This document shows positions 14,069 through 26,455 of a DNA stretch of 64,000 bases, one piece after another; position 1 is the first letter of the stretch, and every line of letters starts with the position of its first letter. Position numbers and translations under genes: made by a program. The notes under the pieces are model-generated. The model saw nothing but the letters and a program-made list of their open reading frames with translations, was not told the origin of the DNA and did no database searches. This stretch comes from Vicugna vicugna. Taxonomy: Eukaryota. The DNA is taken from NCBI GenBank assembly GCA_013265495.1, contig MU057416.1, positions 180,545-244,544 on the forward strand, written 5' to 3'.

Positions 14069-14780
14069 AGCTGTGGTTTCCAAGTCTTGTCACACCTTTT
14101 AGTCTCAGTCCTCCCTCTTAAACATTCCTTAAAATTAACTCCCTTCTTCCTCATCATGGACCCTAAAGAGCTGTTCCTTCTGTGGGTTAAGATCTCAATT
14201 TACCATAATGAAAATAAAGAGTGAGACTTTGTAGTTTTTCTTTATTATTAATTTAATAATAAGAATAAACCCAATCTATATTAATATAAATGGCATGTTT
14301 CATGAAAAATGACCACATATTATAAAAGAAAGGTTTAGTAAGAATGGTGGCACTGTTTGACGTTTTTACCAGTGTCCATGACGTCCATCTTAGTGGAAGA
14401 CAGCTCGATCCTTGTGTGTGCTTTTCCATTTCAACTGTTGTGGTAGTGGATACAGTATAGCATCTGGGATACCCATCTTCTACTAATGAAAGAGAAGAGG
14501 AGCAAAAATACCTTGGTATTATGAAAACAGTTTAGACCTCGAGACACTGTTTTAAATTAGTGAAGTACAGTTGGTTTACTGTGCTGCGCTAATTTCTGGC
14601 ATACAGCCTAGAGATTCAGTCATACGTGTGTGTGTGTGTGTGTGTGTGTGTTTCTTTTCATATTCTTTTTCAATATAGGCTATTACAAAGTATTAAACTT
14701 AGCTCCCTGTGCTATTGAAGACATTTCGGAAGGCTCTTGGGACTCCCTTGGGCCTCCAGGACACACTTTAATGACCACTG
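14069..14780. mobile_element. hAT-Charlie (Charlie1-like) DNA transposon relic, split by an L1 insertion
   Basis: GGACCCTAAAGAGCT…GTGGGTTA…CATGAAAAATGAC…GTGGCACTGTTT…GAAGACAGCT…GGACACACTTTAATGACCACTG. Confidence 0.65.
14549..14715 (-). mobile_element. L1 3' end with internal (TG)n, inserted into a DNA transposon
   Basis: Reverse complement of the same L1 3' UTR seen at 16.5, 53.6 and 63.5 kb. Confidence 0.8.
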
Positions 14781-15269
14781 GCTTAAGTCAACTGGGTACA
14801 ATTCTTTCCTTCACATCAGCATAAAATACCTTCTTCCACAGAATGGTATTTCAACTATTTGAATGCATTTCTTGTATCCCCACCTACACTATTTAATCTT
14901 AGGGAACAATGTCCTGCATTTTCTTAAGTTCCTATGCTTGGCGTACTGTCTTACACCCTCCCCACCCTTCTGCCCTCGAGTTCGTCTTTTCTGGACACTC
15001 CTGGATTTCAATTCTGCTCTTAACGTGTGTTATTTATCCTGGGCTGGACCCAGCTCCTCAGGGACTTCGTACTTTGACTCAGCAAATATACATCTTCCAA
15101 AGGACGGCTACCGAGAAACCACCACATCCAATGTCGCAGGCCAGCTGCTCATGTGCAGCCCCCGGGGAACTCAGAGCCCACCCAGCCACGCGCAGGTGGC
15201 CTTTCTTCCCTGCAGCACTGGTTATTTTAATAGTAACATTCATCAGAATAATCATGAAAACTGCTGACG

Positions 15270-15500
15270 CTATTCAGCACTCGAAATGTGCTGGACGCCG
15301 TATTTCATGCGTATTTGCATCCACTCACTAATTCTTACAATAATCCTATGAGGTACCCACATTTATTAACCCCATTTTATAGATAAGAGTGGGAGGCATA
15401 GAGAAGTTAGGGAAGTTGTTTGAGGTTACAGAGCCAATAGGAGACAGAGCCAAGATCTGATCCCACACCAGAGTCATTCTGACTTGGGGTTTTCTGGGAG
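15270..15500 (-). mobile_element. MIR SINE
   Basis: TAATTCTTACAATAATCCTATGAGGTA…CCCATTTTATAGATAAG…GAGGCATAGAGAAGTTA…GAGGTTACAGAGC. Confidence 0.8.
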
Positions 15501-16537
15501 CTGCGTGTTTAGATAAACATATAAAAATGCAAATGTAAACCTGTATTTGAATCAACACACATATCAATATATGTTTTAGACTGGGATGTCGTGGTAGGAG
15601 TGGTTGACTTGGAAGCGACGGGAGGCACAGAAGAGGATGGGAAGAGAGAGAGAAGAAAGGGAAGAGTAATTATGAAGACTGAAAATTCTGAAATTCATCC
15701 TCTCCTTATTCGGGAGACCCCTGCTTTTTGTCAGCTGTAAATCCACCCAGTGACTTCCCACACCCCGACCATGTCACGCTCTCCTTTTTCTAGGACAGCC
15801 TTGCAGACACTGCAGGTGTTCTAAGCTGCTTGGCAGTTATGTGTCTGTTGTTTTAACACGCCTGCCTCTGTTTTCATAGCAATTAGGAAAGTTATGGGTC
15901 CTCCTTTAGCTCCTAGGACTTCATTTCAAGCCCTTGCTCCAGACTCACCATTCCCTTTGTGCAGTTGCTGTGTCCCCTGTACAGATGTGGGGGGAGGGGC
16001 TGAACTGCCATGGTCCCCAGCCAGGGCACGGGCCACGGGAGAAATGGAGCATCTGTGTCCTGCCCCCCTGGTCCCTGCGCCTAGGAGATGCCCCGCACTC
16101 CTGAGTGTGTGATCACGCTGCCGCAGAACGGACACACCCGCCCAGCACAATGGCTCGGCAGGCAGGGCTGGACTGGTCACCACATCCTCTGTGTACTTCT
16201 GAATTCCTTAGACTTGAGCCCTGCTGGGTACACCTGCTCCCCTTAACCCCTTGCTGAATTTCATTCTTCTCAGTCCTTTAATGGAACCAAACCAAGCTGG
16301 TAGTGGTAACAATTTGAATAATAGTGGTCTTCAACTTTTTCTTGAAAAAATAGCATTCTGAGGAGCACCTTAAGCTGTAAGGTTCCTTTATCGAATGAAA
16401 TAAGCTGAAACTTCTTGTGAAGTATAAAGGGGCACAGGTGGGTCTGTGGAAGTAGAAGAAAAAAATCCTGGGTCTGAATAAGTGGAGACACTGCAAGCTT
16501 CTGGAAACAGTTGAAAGAGGCTTCAGTCAGAGGCTGG

Positions 16538-16740
16538 TCCAGACACACACTACTACATACAACAGAGATAAACAGCAAGGTCCTACTGTACAGCAGGGGG
16601 AACTGTATTCAACATCTTATAATAACCCATAGTGAAAAAGAATATGGAAATGAATATATGTATGTATAGTTGAACCACTGCGCTGTACACCAGAAGTTAA
16701 CACAACGTTGTAAATCCACTAGACTTCAATTTGAAAAAAG
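16538..16740 (+). mobile_element. L1 3' end
   Basis: CACACTACTA…ATAAACAGCAAGGTCCTACTGTACAGCA…GCTGTACACCAGAAGTTAACACAACGTTGTAAATC…A tail. Confidence 0.85.
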
Positions 16741-16869
16741 ACAGAAGTCGATCCGATGACTGATGCCCTGACCAGGCTACTGGAGGTACGCAGCCTCCCT
16801 CCGAATCCAGGGCTGACCTGGGGCCTTGCGGGGTCGCATCGGCCACAGAGTAGTTTTGTGGTTGGCTAG

Positions 16870-17070
16870 ATGCGGACTTTAATACCTAGACTTCCTCAAT
16901 TTAAATCACAGCTCCGCCCCGTCCTGTATTTTTTAGGAGAGTTGCTTCACCTCTGTGTGCCTCAGTTTCCTCATCTGTGAACGGCCTCCTTCACAGGTAC
17001 TCAGGACGAGATGGCTGGCACAGAGAGAGTACTGACTGTACATTAGTAATCACCATCATCATTGCTAGGC
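16870..17070 (+). mobile_element. MIR SINE
   Basis: GTTGCTTCACCTCTGTGTGCCTCAGTTTCCTCATCTGTGAA core. Confidence 0.75.
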
Positions 17071-18744
17071 CAGTATCCTTTTAGTAAGCATTCCTTTATG
17101 CCTGATGTCAGGTTACCTGCCTGTCGACAGAGCAGAACACAAACGAGTTCATCACAGCAATAAATGCTTCTGATGCTTCAGGCTATCCGTCTCTCCCCGC
17201 CCCCACGCCTTTGGTCTTCTAAGGAGCAGAACATCAAATAGCAAGAACACGTGGGGCTGAGCAGGAAGGGCCGTGATGTAATTTAAGGCAGTACGACTCT
17301 AGGTTTTACATGTATATCCATGAGTTTAGCTGCTCTAAGAAGATGGGACTGTGGATAATTGAGGCGGGAGCGTGGGTTTTCGTTCTGTTTCCCCCAGTGT
17401 CTGCAGCTGGCTATGAGAAATGCGGAACAGCTCATCTTCCCACATTTGAAAGGGAACTGCACACCAATGGGGAGTGATTGGTTCAAAATGGCTGTGTATT
17501 CTGCTGCAGTTGTGAAGCGTTTTAACAGCAAAGTAGATTATTTGGTTGGCAAGAAAACAATGCAAAGATGCCATGTGTACAGAAAAGCCCGGGCCCCACC
17601 TGTCCGAGAACAGGTGTCCGAGGACACGCAATTTTCCTGTGCCCTTAGAACTACCTCATCGGGGCCCAGTGTAGAAGGTGTTTCCCTGTAGAGAAGCGTG
17701 GTGGTCTTTTCTTTCTTTCTTTTTTTTAAATCAACTAATAATTTTTAATAGTCATGTTACTTGGAAACAAAGTCAAGTAGAGTGACCCTTAGTGAGACTG
17801 GGTGAACGAATGCACTTTGGAAACCTGGAAAATGCCAGCTTAGATACATGCCAAGAGCGGCTTCCATCTCGGCCTCCGAGGGCGACTCCCGCCAGCGTGT
17901 GAAGCCCTGGTGCCGGCTTCCGGGAAAGAAGGCCGCGTCTCCCATGGGCGGCTGCTTACGGCCCCGGGGGTTGCCAGGTGGCCAGTCGAGGACTTGTCTT
18001 CCCACTGCCCTGGGCCCCTCCCTCTGGCCCCTGCGAATTCCAACACCAGGAAAAGGGCTGGCAGGGCGCTTTCCTTTTGGCTTCGTGATAGACTCGTATC
18101 CACGCAGATGAGAAGAGGAAGGAAAACGCTCTCTTATCCTGTTAAGGCCTGAAAAATCCAGGTCTTCCAATTTGGAGAGTTAGCTTGAATCTGAATGGGT
18201 TTGGAGCCAGTACAAGGGGTGGGGGCAGCTTTGGATCATTCCTGCTGCCTTTTATAACAGTTTAATAACCATTTGAATATCATATTCTGTAGGGGACTAT
18301 GTTTTGCTATTTATTATCATTTTGATGGACATGAGTTGACATCAAAATGCGCCAAAGAAGTCAAGTTCTGTGCAAGGGTGGGGGAGCCAGGAGGAAGCCG
18401 AGTCAGCGAAGCCGCGGGAGGGCCGGCCCTGCAGGGCCCACGCACAGGAGCGCGCGCTGATTTTAAAAGGTGGAGTAAGAACAGCCTTTGACTGTGCAGA
18501 GGCTGTGACAGAGAGGATGCGGACAGATTTTATTTAGACCAGACACAAGGGTCAAGGGCATAAAATATTCCAAGAGCAAAGTCATCGTAACATAACAGTA
18601 TTTTCAAGGTAGATTATGAATACGCCCACCATCAATATACATTATAAAAGAGTAGATTCATTTTCATTTGTCTTGAGAAGTTAACTATATCTCGCTTGAA
18701 TACAGATATCTGCAAAGAGCTCAATAATGGTCCTGCAGGTTATT

Positions 18745-19185
18745 GTATCAGTCAGCTTTGTATCAAGCTAGCAAACAAAAGATACCAGTGGTTCAAATAT
18801 ATACAACTAGAGATCTGGAGGATTTAATCCACAGACAGCACAGAGGCATAGGGATGGCTTAAGCAACTAACCTCTTTCCTTGGGTCTCCTCTACCATTCT
18901 GTGTGATAGGCTTTTGTCCTCATGCTTGCCATCTCATGTCTCTCGGCGGCTGCTGTGCATCCACAGTTTTCATCTGCATTCCAGGCAAGAAGGAAAGGAA
19001 GGGCAAAGTGGAGGAGATTTTTCCTAGTGAGCTTTTGCTTTTTTTTTCAGAGATGGAAAACTTCCCCCGAGACTCTGTTTACATGAATTGGCCAGAAATA
19101 AATCCTGGGGTACCCACTGAAAAAAGAGGTGGGAAGGAGTCTTGAAGAAATAAACTATTTTAGCTTTCCAGCCTCTCTTGTGGAC
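18745..19185. mobile_element. MLT1-type (ERVL-MaLR) solo LTR remnant
   Basis: TGTATCAGTCAGCTTT start; GGCTGCTGTGCATCCA…CATTCCAGGCAAGAAGGAA…ATTGGCCAGAA internal motifs. Confidence 0.6.
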
Positions 19186-19260
19186 TAGACCAGGGAGAAC
19201 GGGCTTGGGCATAGCTCTTGAGTACTGATCGCGTCTGCTCGCCGCCATAGTTGGGAGTCA

Positions 19261-19330
19261 CTTCACGTGATTGAGTCTACTAGGACATCTTATCTGACAA
19301 GCTTCCTGATGCGCAAAGATCAAAGGAAAA
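19261..19330. promoter_or_regulatory. Candidate intronic enhancer (E-box/GATA/ETS/TCF-LEF cluster)
   Basis: TCACGTGA (19263-19270), CTTATCT (19289-19295), CTTCCTG (19302-19308) and AGATCAAAGG (19317-19326) within 70 bp. Motif evidence only. Confidence 0.45.
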
Positions 19331-19479
19331 TGGTGAGCTTGCCTCACATGGGGATAATTCCATTAGTGGTAGAAGAGGCCGGCTTCTTTGGCCAGATGCG
19401 TCTGGGAAGCCAAGATTTTGGCTTGGCGGCTTTACTGACGGGCATTCATCCAGTCTCTGGGTCACGGTGGCCGTGGTGT

Positions 19480-20470
19480 TGAGTCCTTACTAGCTGCAAA
19501 GCACTGGGCTCCACACCAGGGAGAGCATGACTGAAGAAAAAGAGTCATGGTCTCTGCTTTAAAAGCACATCGCCTCTATCTGTGGGCCACAGCATGACAC
19601 ACACATGCAAACTGGTAATTCACAACGAGCCACAGAAGTATGGAAAACGTATCGGTGAAAGCTAGAATGTTCAGAGATATTCAAGTGGTTGATAGATTTT
19701 AAATCCTAAGGCTTGGCTACGTAGTTGCTGCGTCCCAGGCATTGAAGGCAGTGCCTAGCATGAGCAAATATGGTCATAAAAATAAACACAGGGGGCTGGC
19801 ACCACGTTTGTTTGCAGAGAGAGCGAGGGAATGTTACACAGTTACTCAAGGGTTTAGCTCATAGCCAACCCCAAAAGCAGAAGTCGGAGTTAAAATGCGC
19901 TCTCATAGATGTGGAATATTGACTGTCAGAGGGATCAGGGTGGCCTCGCAGACGGAGACCTTGGACAAAGAGCAGAAATGGTGAGAGGTGACCATGTGTC
20001 TCTCTGGGGGAATGCATCCCCAGTACTCAGATCAAAGATGAAAACACAGTGTGATAAGTTTCATGCGAACATACACACAGAGTGACACAGTAGCAAAAAG
20101 TGAAGCCAGCTGACTTGGAGTTTAAAGCCCCTGTAGGAGTCAGCTGGACGCAGAAGAGGGGAAGGCGCAGCACCCAGGGGAGACAGAGGCATTGAGACGT
20201 CTGAGGTGCGGGCCGCAAGCACACCAAGCGCTTGAACTTTGCCAGACGCCTGCCGTACAGCTACTCAGAATAGACAGTGTTTAAAAGAAGGAAGGAAGGG
20301 GGCTGAGTCCTCACAAAAAAGGCTCCTGCTTGCATTTGGCAAGTAAACACCAAGTAAGTGGGATCATTCCAGTTGCGTGGTTTGGAGGAAAGACAAGTGG
20401 TCGAGGTTGAGGTGCGAGTGGATGGTAAGGTATTGGGTGGGTGCTGTGTCGGGAAAGGTGATTTAAAAGG
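19480..20470 (-). mobile_element. L2 LINE remnant (fragmented)
   Basis: Similar antisense L2 3' patterns. Boundaries approximate. Confidence 0.5.
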
Positions 20471-21745
20471 GAAGCGAGGAATATGGCGGCAGCTAAAACG
20501 TATTCCAGGAGAAAAATGAAAGATTTTGTTACATGAGGTGAGAAAGGTTTATGGGAACCAAAGGGAAGGATCCGAGAAGGCTAAGACTGAGGGTCCTAGA
20601 GGTGGAGGCAAACACTTGGGGGTCACAGAGCTTTCAGACTCCAAAAGGCCAAGGTCGGTGTTTTCGCTTTTCAGAACTGGGGAGGCCATCTCTCCCAATG
20701 GAAGCATTAGAGCCCTTTGGTGAACAGCGATATACTTAAGGGCGATTAAGTGAGATTAACAAAAGCCTCCCGTCCATGTAGCAAGCAGCAACAAGACCAC
20801 CAAGGGTATCTTCATATGTCCAGTAGGTGACACGTGGTCTGTAGTCTGAGCCATAGAGTTGACAATCTTGGGTCCTGGCTGGTCTACAGAAGACACCATT
20901 TTATATAATTCAGCCTAATGGCAGTGGTTTCAAAGGAGTGACTTCTGTGCAAATAACATGGTTGAACTGGTACCCACAGCTAGCACTCTGGGTCAGAATG
21001 ACAAAGAAGGAGCTAAATGGTTGCATAGTAAACCACAAAAAATGAACACTTATTTTCAGAATTCAAATCATGATAGATCTGAGAGTAGGTGTGGAAATGA
21101 GTAACTCTTAGTGTTGTCACCTCAGTCGCCAAAATCCTGTGCATGGTTCTGCCTCTCTGAGGGGTGGTACTCACACTGGACATCTGCCAGCTTTTCCCAC
21201 GCTCACACCCACCCACCTGCACCCAGTGTCCTTTCAAGCCTCTGGCCCTCCTGCTCCCACTGTGGGGGCCTCCCTCCTTCACCTGCTGTGTGCTCACAAA
21301 ATGAGATTTGTTTTTAAACCTTGACAATCCTCATTCTTCACCTTTCCCAGTCTTCAAGATGACATTTAGACAATCATTAATGAATCACTGTGTTTAGCAG
21401 ATGACGATTGTGTTTGCTGGTGGGTGTGTGTGTGTGTGTTTCTGGAGAAGAGGCTAGCGCATATTTTCTGACACTAACTAGAAGCTATTAGGCAATTAGG
21501 AAAAAAATGTTAACTCCTTTAATTTGCGAGGAAGTCATTTGATGACTTAGAAAGTCTATTGATAGGTTTCCTTTGGGTAGGAGGTTGGAAGAAAATTGAA
21601 TTGTTTGATCAAGATTTTTTTCAAAGTATGAAGTCTGAGATAAGAGATGACTTACTTCTTTGGAAAGAGATGATAGAATTAGATTTAAAAGTTAAGTACT
21701 TCTTTTAAAATATGTTCCTTCATTTTCAAGTTTTTATTCTGGAGC

Positions 21746-21876
21746 CATTTATTTATTTGGTTATTTAGGGGGATAATTAGGCTCATTTCCTTCATTATTT
21801 AATGGAGGGACTGGGGACTGAACCCAGGACCTCCTGCGTGCAAGCACACACTCTACCACTGAGCTCTACCCTCCCC
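21746..21876 (-). mobile_element. Vic-1-like SINE
   Basis: GGGGACTGAACCCAGGACCTC…CTCTACCACTGAGCTCTACCCTCCCC. Confidence 0.88.
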
Positions 21877-23049
21877 GCTTCATTTTTCAAATTTTTACAT
21901 TGCTTTCACACCATGTTTTGCCTTTGCTAAGCCTCCCCTTGCTGAATCCTACAGATATGGACCCTTGACTTCTCTGTTCTTTCAGAAGCAGAGCCAGGGT
22001 CAAATCCAGGGCTTCCTGTAGTCACTCCAAGACCCCTTTTCTCCCCCATGAGCAGATGAAAAATCTGTTTCTTGTACAAAGATACTACTGGGAAATTTTT
22101 TGAAAACAAGTTTTATTTTAACTGAATTCATAAGCAAGTCTCTGAGCTGTAACGTCCAGTAAACGATGGAGTCATTTTTTCCCAAACTACACCCTCTTCT
22201 TCTCCACATCTGCTCACACTCCCATCGTCCTGAAAAGTGCACTTGGAAAAGGATGGATTTGATCAGATACTTTTCTGGCAACACTCCAAGGACCTTAATA
22301 AAGAAAAGCTAATATATGTTCCCCTTTTATTTTTTTTCTGTTGTGAACATCTGATTTCACAACTATGAGAACAAATGCTGGGTTTTTTTTTTTTGACATT
22401 AAGTGAAATCTAAAAGTATTTCCTAGCTTCTGCTTTGAATTCATTTTTATACTTACCTCAGGAGTTTTGGTAGTGATCTAGACATTTTGCAAGTGTGGTC
22501 ACACAAGTGCACCTCTGGCACAGCTTGGGGGGGCCACATGACAGACCCAGCTTAAATACTGAATATGAATGTTCCTATTTTTGCCTTTCATCAGCATTTT
22601 TAAGGAAAGACATTGAAACCCAAATTCATGATAACATATTTATAATATCTGATTAATAATGTTCTACAATCCCATTAGGTATAAAAATTATATTCACCTT
22701 CCTATGTGAAACCTGGTCAGTCTGGGGTTTAAAGGTTGGTAATAAAAGAAAATCCTATTGAAGAAATACATTGAAAAGTGAAACATAAGATAGCTTTGGA
22801 CACACTGACTACTTAAAATTAAAAACAAAGGCTGAAAAATAAAGGCTGAAATAATTTCCTAATGAATTTAGTACATAATATGTTTCAGAAATATTTACAT
22901 TACAATTTTTAAATCTAGGGATCTTTTCCCCCGTAAGCTCCAAAACAATTTGTAACTAATATCATCAAAACACAATTTCGGAGAAGTCACTGTAAGGGCA
23001 GCATAGCTGACAGATTAAAACCCTCTTCCCGCTCTGTGTCTCTCGGTTA

Positions 23050-23880
23050 CTCTTGAGCTCTGCCTTTCCCTTCACAGGCCTCTTCCAGCCTCGTGGGCTG
23101 CGCCCTCTCGCTTCCCGTCCACCCACCTGCTTACTGCTTTCTGGCCGCTTCTCCCCATCCGCCCCCGAAACTGCTGGCTTTCACAGCCAAGCACCGCCAC
23201 CCGGCCGCCTGGCTTCTGAAACGCTAGATGCCCTGGACCAGGGGAGCCTCGCTTCCCTCCGCCTCTCCGGGCGCGCGGGCGTCATCGCCAGCTTTCTTCC
23301 CGCTGGGACGCCCGCCTCGCCTAGTTGCCCCAGGGCGCGACCCCGGCCTCGCGGGGCTGCCGCGCTCTCCGCAGCGCTCGGGCGGCGCCTCTCCTGCTGG
23401 CTCCGTTAGCGCTGGGGCGGCGTCTCCCCGGGGCCATCCCGCCGCCAACCCGCCTTCTGCAGGGTGCTGGCTGCCACGTCTGTCTCCCCAGCTTTGCTTG
23501 CTCTTCTGCCTTGAGACCCACTGGTGCAGCTGCGCGGCGGACGCCCCCGGCTGGAGCGCCACCGGCATCGCGGACACGCACGCCCCAAGCCGGACGCCGC
23601 GGCGTCCTCCACTGGCCCACTCGGCCCTCGCGCTCCCCGGCCCAGTGAATGCTGTCGGCCTTCCCACAGCTAGGCTCCAAGGCAGGAACTTAGGATGTGC
23701 GCTGAATCTCTCCATTTCCCGCAGCTCAGCATTTAGTCATAAAACATCCCCGAGACCGTAGCCTTAAAGCTGAAATCCCCCCTTCTGCCCACGGCCGCCG
23801 CCGCAGACCGCTTGGCTTCCTCCGGCGGGACGGCCTGAGATCGCCGCCCCCCGCACCTCTGTGTTTTTCTGGCTCATGAA
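23050..23880 (+). mobile_element. L2 LINE remnant converted into a CpG island
   Basis: Collinear with the recalled L2 3' consensus (…CCCCAGC…GAGACCCA…CAGCTGC…GGAC…C.GG…CCAC.GGCA…CAGTGAATG…CCAAG.CAG.AAC.TAGGA) but with very high GC and CpG. Confidence 0.65.
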
Positions 23881-23989
23881 AACTTCCTTTTTAAAAAAAG
23901 AAATTCACTTTGTGTTTATTTAGTTATTTAGCTATTCATGCCTTTCCGAGTGATTTAAAGTTTAGTTAGATCTTGCTGTTTCCATGTGA

Positions 23990-24375
23990 CCTACACTTAG
24001 GTCCTGGTTGGTCAAAGTGAATCAAGGTGACCATTTTTCCTTTGACAGTGATACGATTTAGACCAATGAGACATTAAGAGGTTTAGGGGAAGCTGCGTCC
24101 TGGGTCTTAAAAAGAAACAAAAGGACGGCGAGGCCCCTTTCCTGTCTCTGGTTGCTATTTTGTGAGAATGTGACACCTCGTCACTTTGAGACCTTGAGGG
24201 CACTGAGGTTGATGCCTGTGAATGTCAGAGAAAAAATACAGGAGGACCCTGGGCTCTGGCACTGTTGCTGAGCCACTGAATTGGCCCTTTTTGGTGAAAT
24301 CATCAGTCCCTTAGTGTTTATTCTGTTTGAGTTGGGTTTGTTTTGCTGTTGTTAGTTGCAACTGAAAGTGTTCGA
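23990..24375. mobile_element. ERVL/MaLR-class solo LTR remnant interrupting the L2
   Basis: GACCAATGAGA…TGAGCCACTGAATT…GTTTGAGTTGGGTTT…TTGCAACTGAAAG end typical of old ERVL LTRs. Subfamily not determined. Confidence 0.55.
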
Positions 24376-26354
24376 GCAGCCAGCCTTCTGGAAGCTTCTT
24401 GCAGCCTCCTTGGCCCCGGCCTCCTCTCCCCTCCCCGAACTCCACGGGCCAGGAGGGCCCACTCGCCGGCTCAGGGCTCTGCCGTGGCTCCTGCTGCCTG
24501 AGGATAACGTTCAGACTCCTGAGGCTGTAACAGGACGCCCTTTGCCAGCGGCCGTGCGTTTCGCTTCCAGAAATGTTGCTAGCCTTCTGACCGACCGTGC
24601 TGCTGGCTTTCCAGCCACGAAGAACAACTTTCACTTTCTGAGCTGTGCTGGGTTCTCCACTGTGGCCACGCTCTTCTCTTGCTCTGAACGACTTGTCTTC
24701 CCTTCCTGTCCGACGCCCACGGGTCCCCCTCCACTTAGACATTGCTTTTTTGGGGGGTATCACCCACGATCACCCCGAGGCCGGGTTAGGCACTCTTTCT
24801 CCTTCCCCAGCACGCTGCACCTGGCTCTCTGCAGCACTTGGCAGGTCGCCAGGTGGTGGCAGCCCAGTGATGGGGAGAACGGACTCGGCACCGTCCTGTC
24901 TGGTCTCAGCCCTGTCTCTGCCGCGCACCAGGTGAAGCGCCCTGGACAAGCCGTGTGATGCTGTGTTCTCCTCAGCTCTGAAATCGGGATAATGGTCACA
25001 CATACCCATGTGACTGCGGTGATGGAGGATGCTCACACACGTGGTCCACACACACAGGTGGTACGGGCCGCCTGGCGCGGCGCCTGGCACGTACGTGCTG
25101 GGTGCGTTAGTGCTGTTATGACTGCATCACTGTGACTGTGTGTCTCATAGCCTGTAGGTTGCTTGAGGCCAAGGACCGCATGTCCTTAGCATCGAACATG
25201 GACTCATGTACATCAAATGAACTTGAAAATACTTAGGGTGAGTCAATAAAGAGGGAACTATTTGTTTTCAATAAACAAACAGACGCTGTTTTGCCTGTTT
25301 CCATGACAGAGGCCAAGTCCACGCTCTCACCCTCAGTTTGTTATTCTGAAGAATGGAAGAGTTTGTTCTTCTCACCCCCCCAGGGGTATTAAGGAATGCA
25401 GTCTTTTATGGAAAATCAACAAAGTAGGAGGAAAGAATGCAGAAGAATATATTCTCAAAATGAAGCAGAATTTCCCCAGAAATGAGCTTCTGTGAGACAT
25501 AGATTTTTTGAGACAGAAAGGTTTGTGGGACATAGATTTTTTTTTTTCACTTTGCTGGTATCTTTTAAAAAGCAAACCCAAATTTAAGAATTTTGGAGTC
25601 GCTAAATATTCACAGATACTTCTCTCCAAACATTTAATTCACTGATTTTTCACACTGTGGATGAATTACGTGCACACATGGGGGCTAAACCCCTAAAGGA
25701 AAGGTTCTTTGGTCAGCAGACTTCTGTGCATTCACTGGATATACCGTAAAGGAGCAATTACAACTTTTTTGGAAAAAATTGTATCTACACACTTTCCACT
25801 GAATCCAAATTTATCTTCTTAAACCAAAGACCTTTATTTCCCTCATTTCCTTACTCCTCACATGTGGTAAAAAAGGCACTGCCTCTTTGGCCTCAAGACT
25901 GTGTCTGCTTTTTATGGGCGTCTGGACCAGTATCTCAAGTTCACCGTCACTGCCTTAGGTGAAGGATGCTGTCCACATCTGTGAAAAGCTGTGAGCACAT
26001 TTAGCTTTTATTCTTTTAAAAAGTCTATGCCATTGACAACATCTCGTTAACAATAAGAACCCACTTGATCTGGGCCTCATCGCCCCCCTGATTAGGGTCA
26101 ACTGGAGTAGATGAGCATAATCAGACAAAGTGATGCACAAAATGAAAATAAATCTTTTTCCTTTTCATAGATCAGGCATAGAATTATTTTTCTATCTTTG
26201 TGAATTTGGTGTAAGTTATAAAAATACGTTAATGAACTGATCATTCAAACCCAAGTGGTCCATTTTCTCTGGAAGGGTTTATCACTACAAAAGGATGACA
26301 GCGCCCCTATTCTTTTTCTTAAAAGGTTAATCTTCAACTCGGTCTTTAAACAAT

Positions 26355-26455
26355 TTTTTTTTATTCTACCTTTTTTTTCATGGAGGCACGGGGACTGAAC
26401 CCAGGACCTCATGCATGCTAAGCATGAGCTCCACCATTGAGCTCTCCCCTCCCCC
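26355..26455 (-). mobile_element. Vic-1-like SINE
   Basis: GGACTGAACCCAGGACCTCATGCATGCTAAGCATG…GAGCT…CCTCCCCC with poly-T tail. Confidence 0.88.

Noticed and set aside
23053..23761. Several overlapping 100-177 aa ORFs on both strands, suggesting a nested gene or retrocopy
   Set aside because: Low-complexity A/P/R/G products expected from stop-poor GC-rich DNA. The sequence tracks an L2 remnant and shows no poly-A/TSD or recognisable protein.
24356..24958. 200-aa ORF
   Set aside because: Falls in the continuation of the GC-shifted L2-like region; non-ATG start and no homology recognised.
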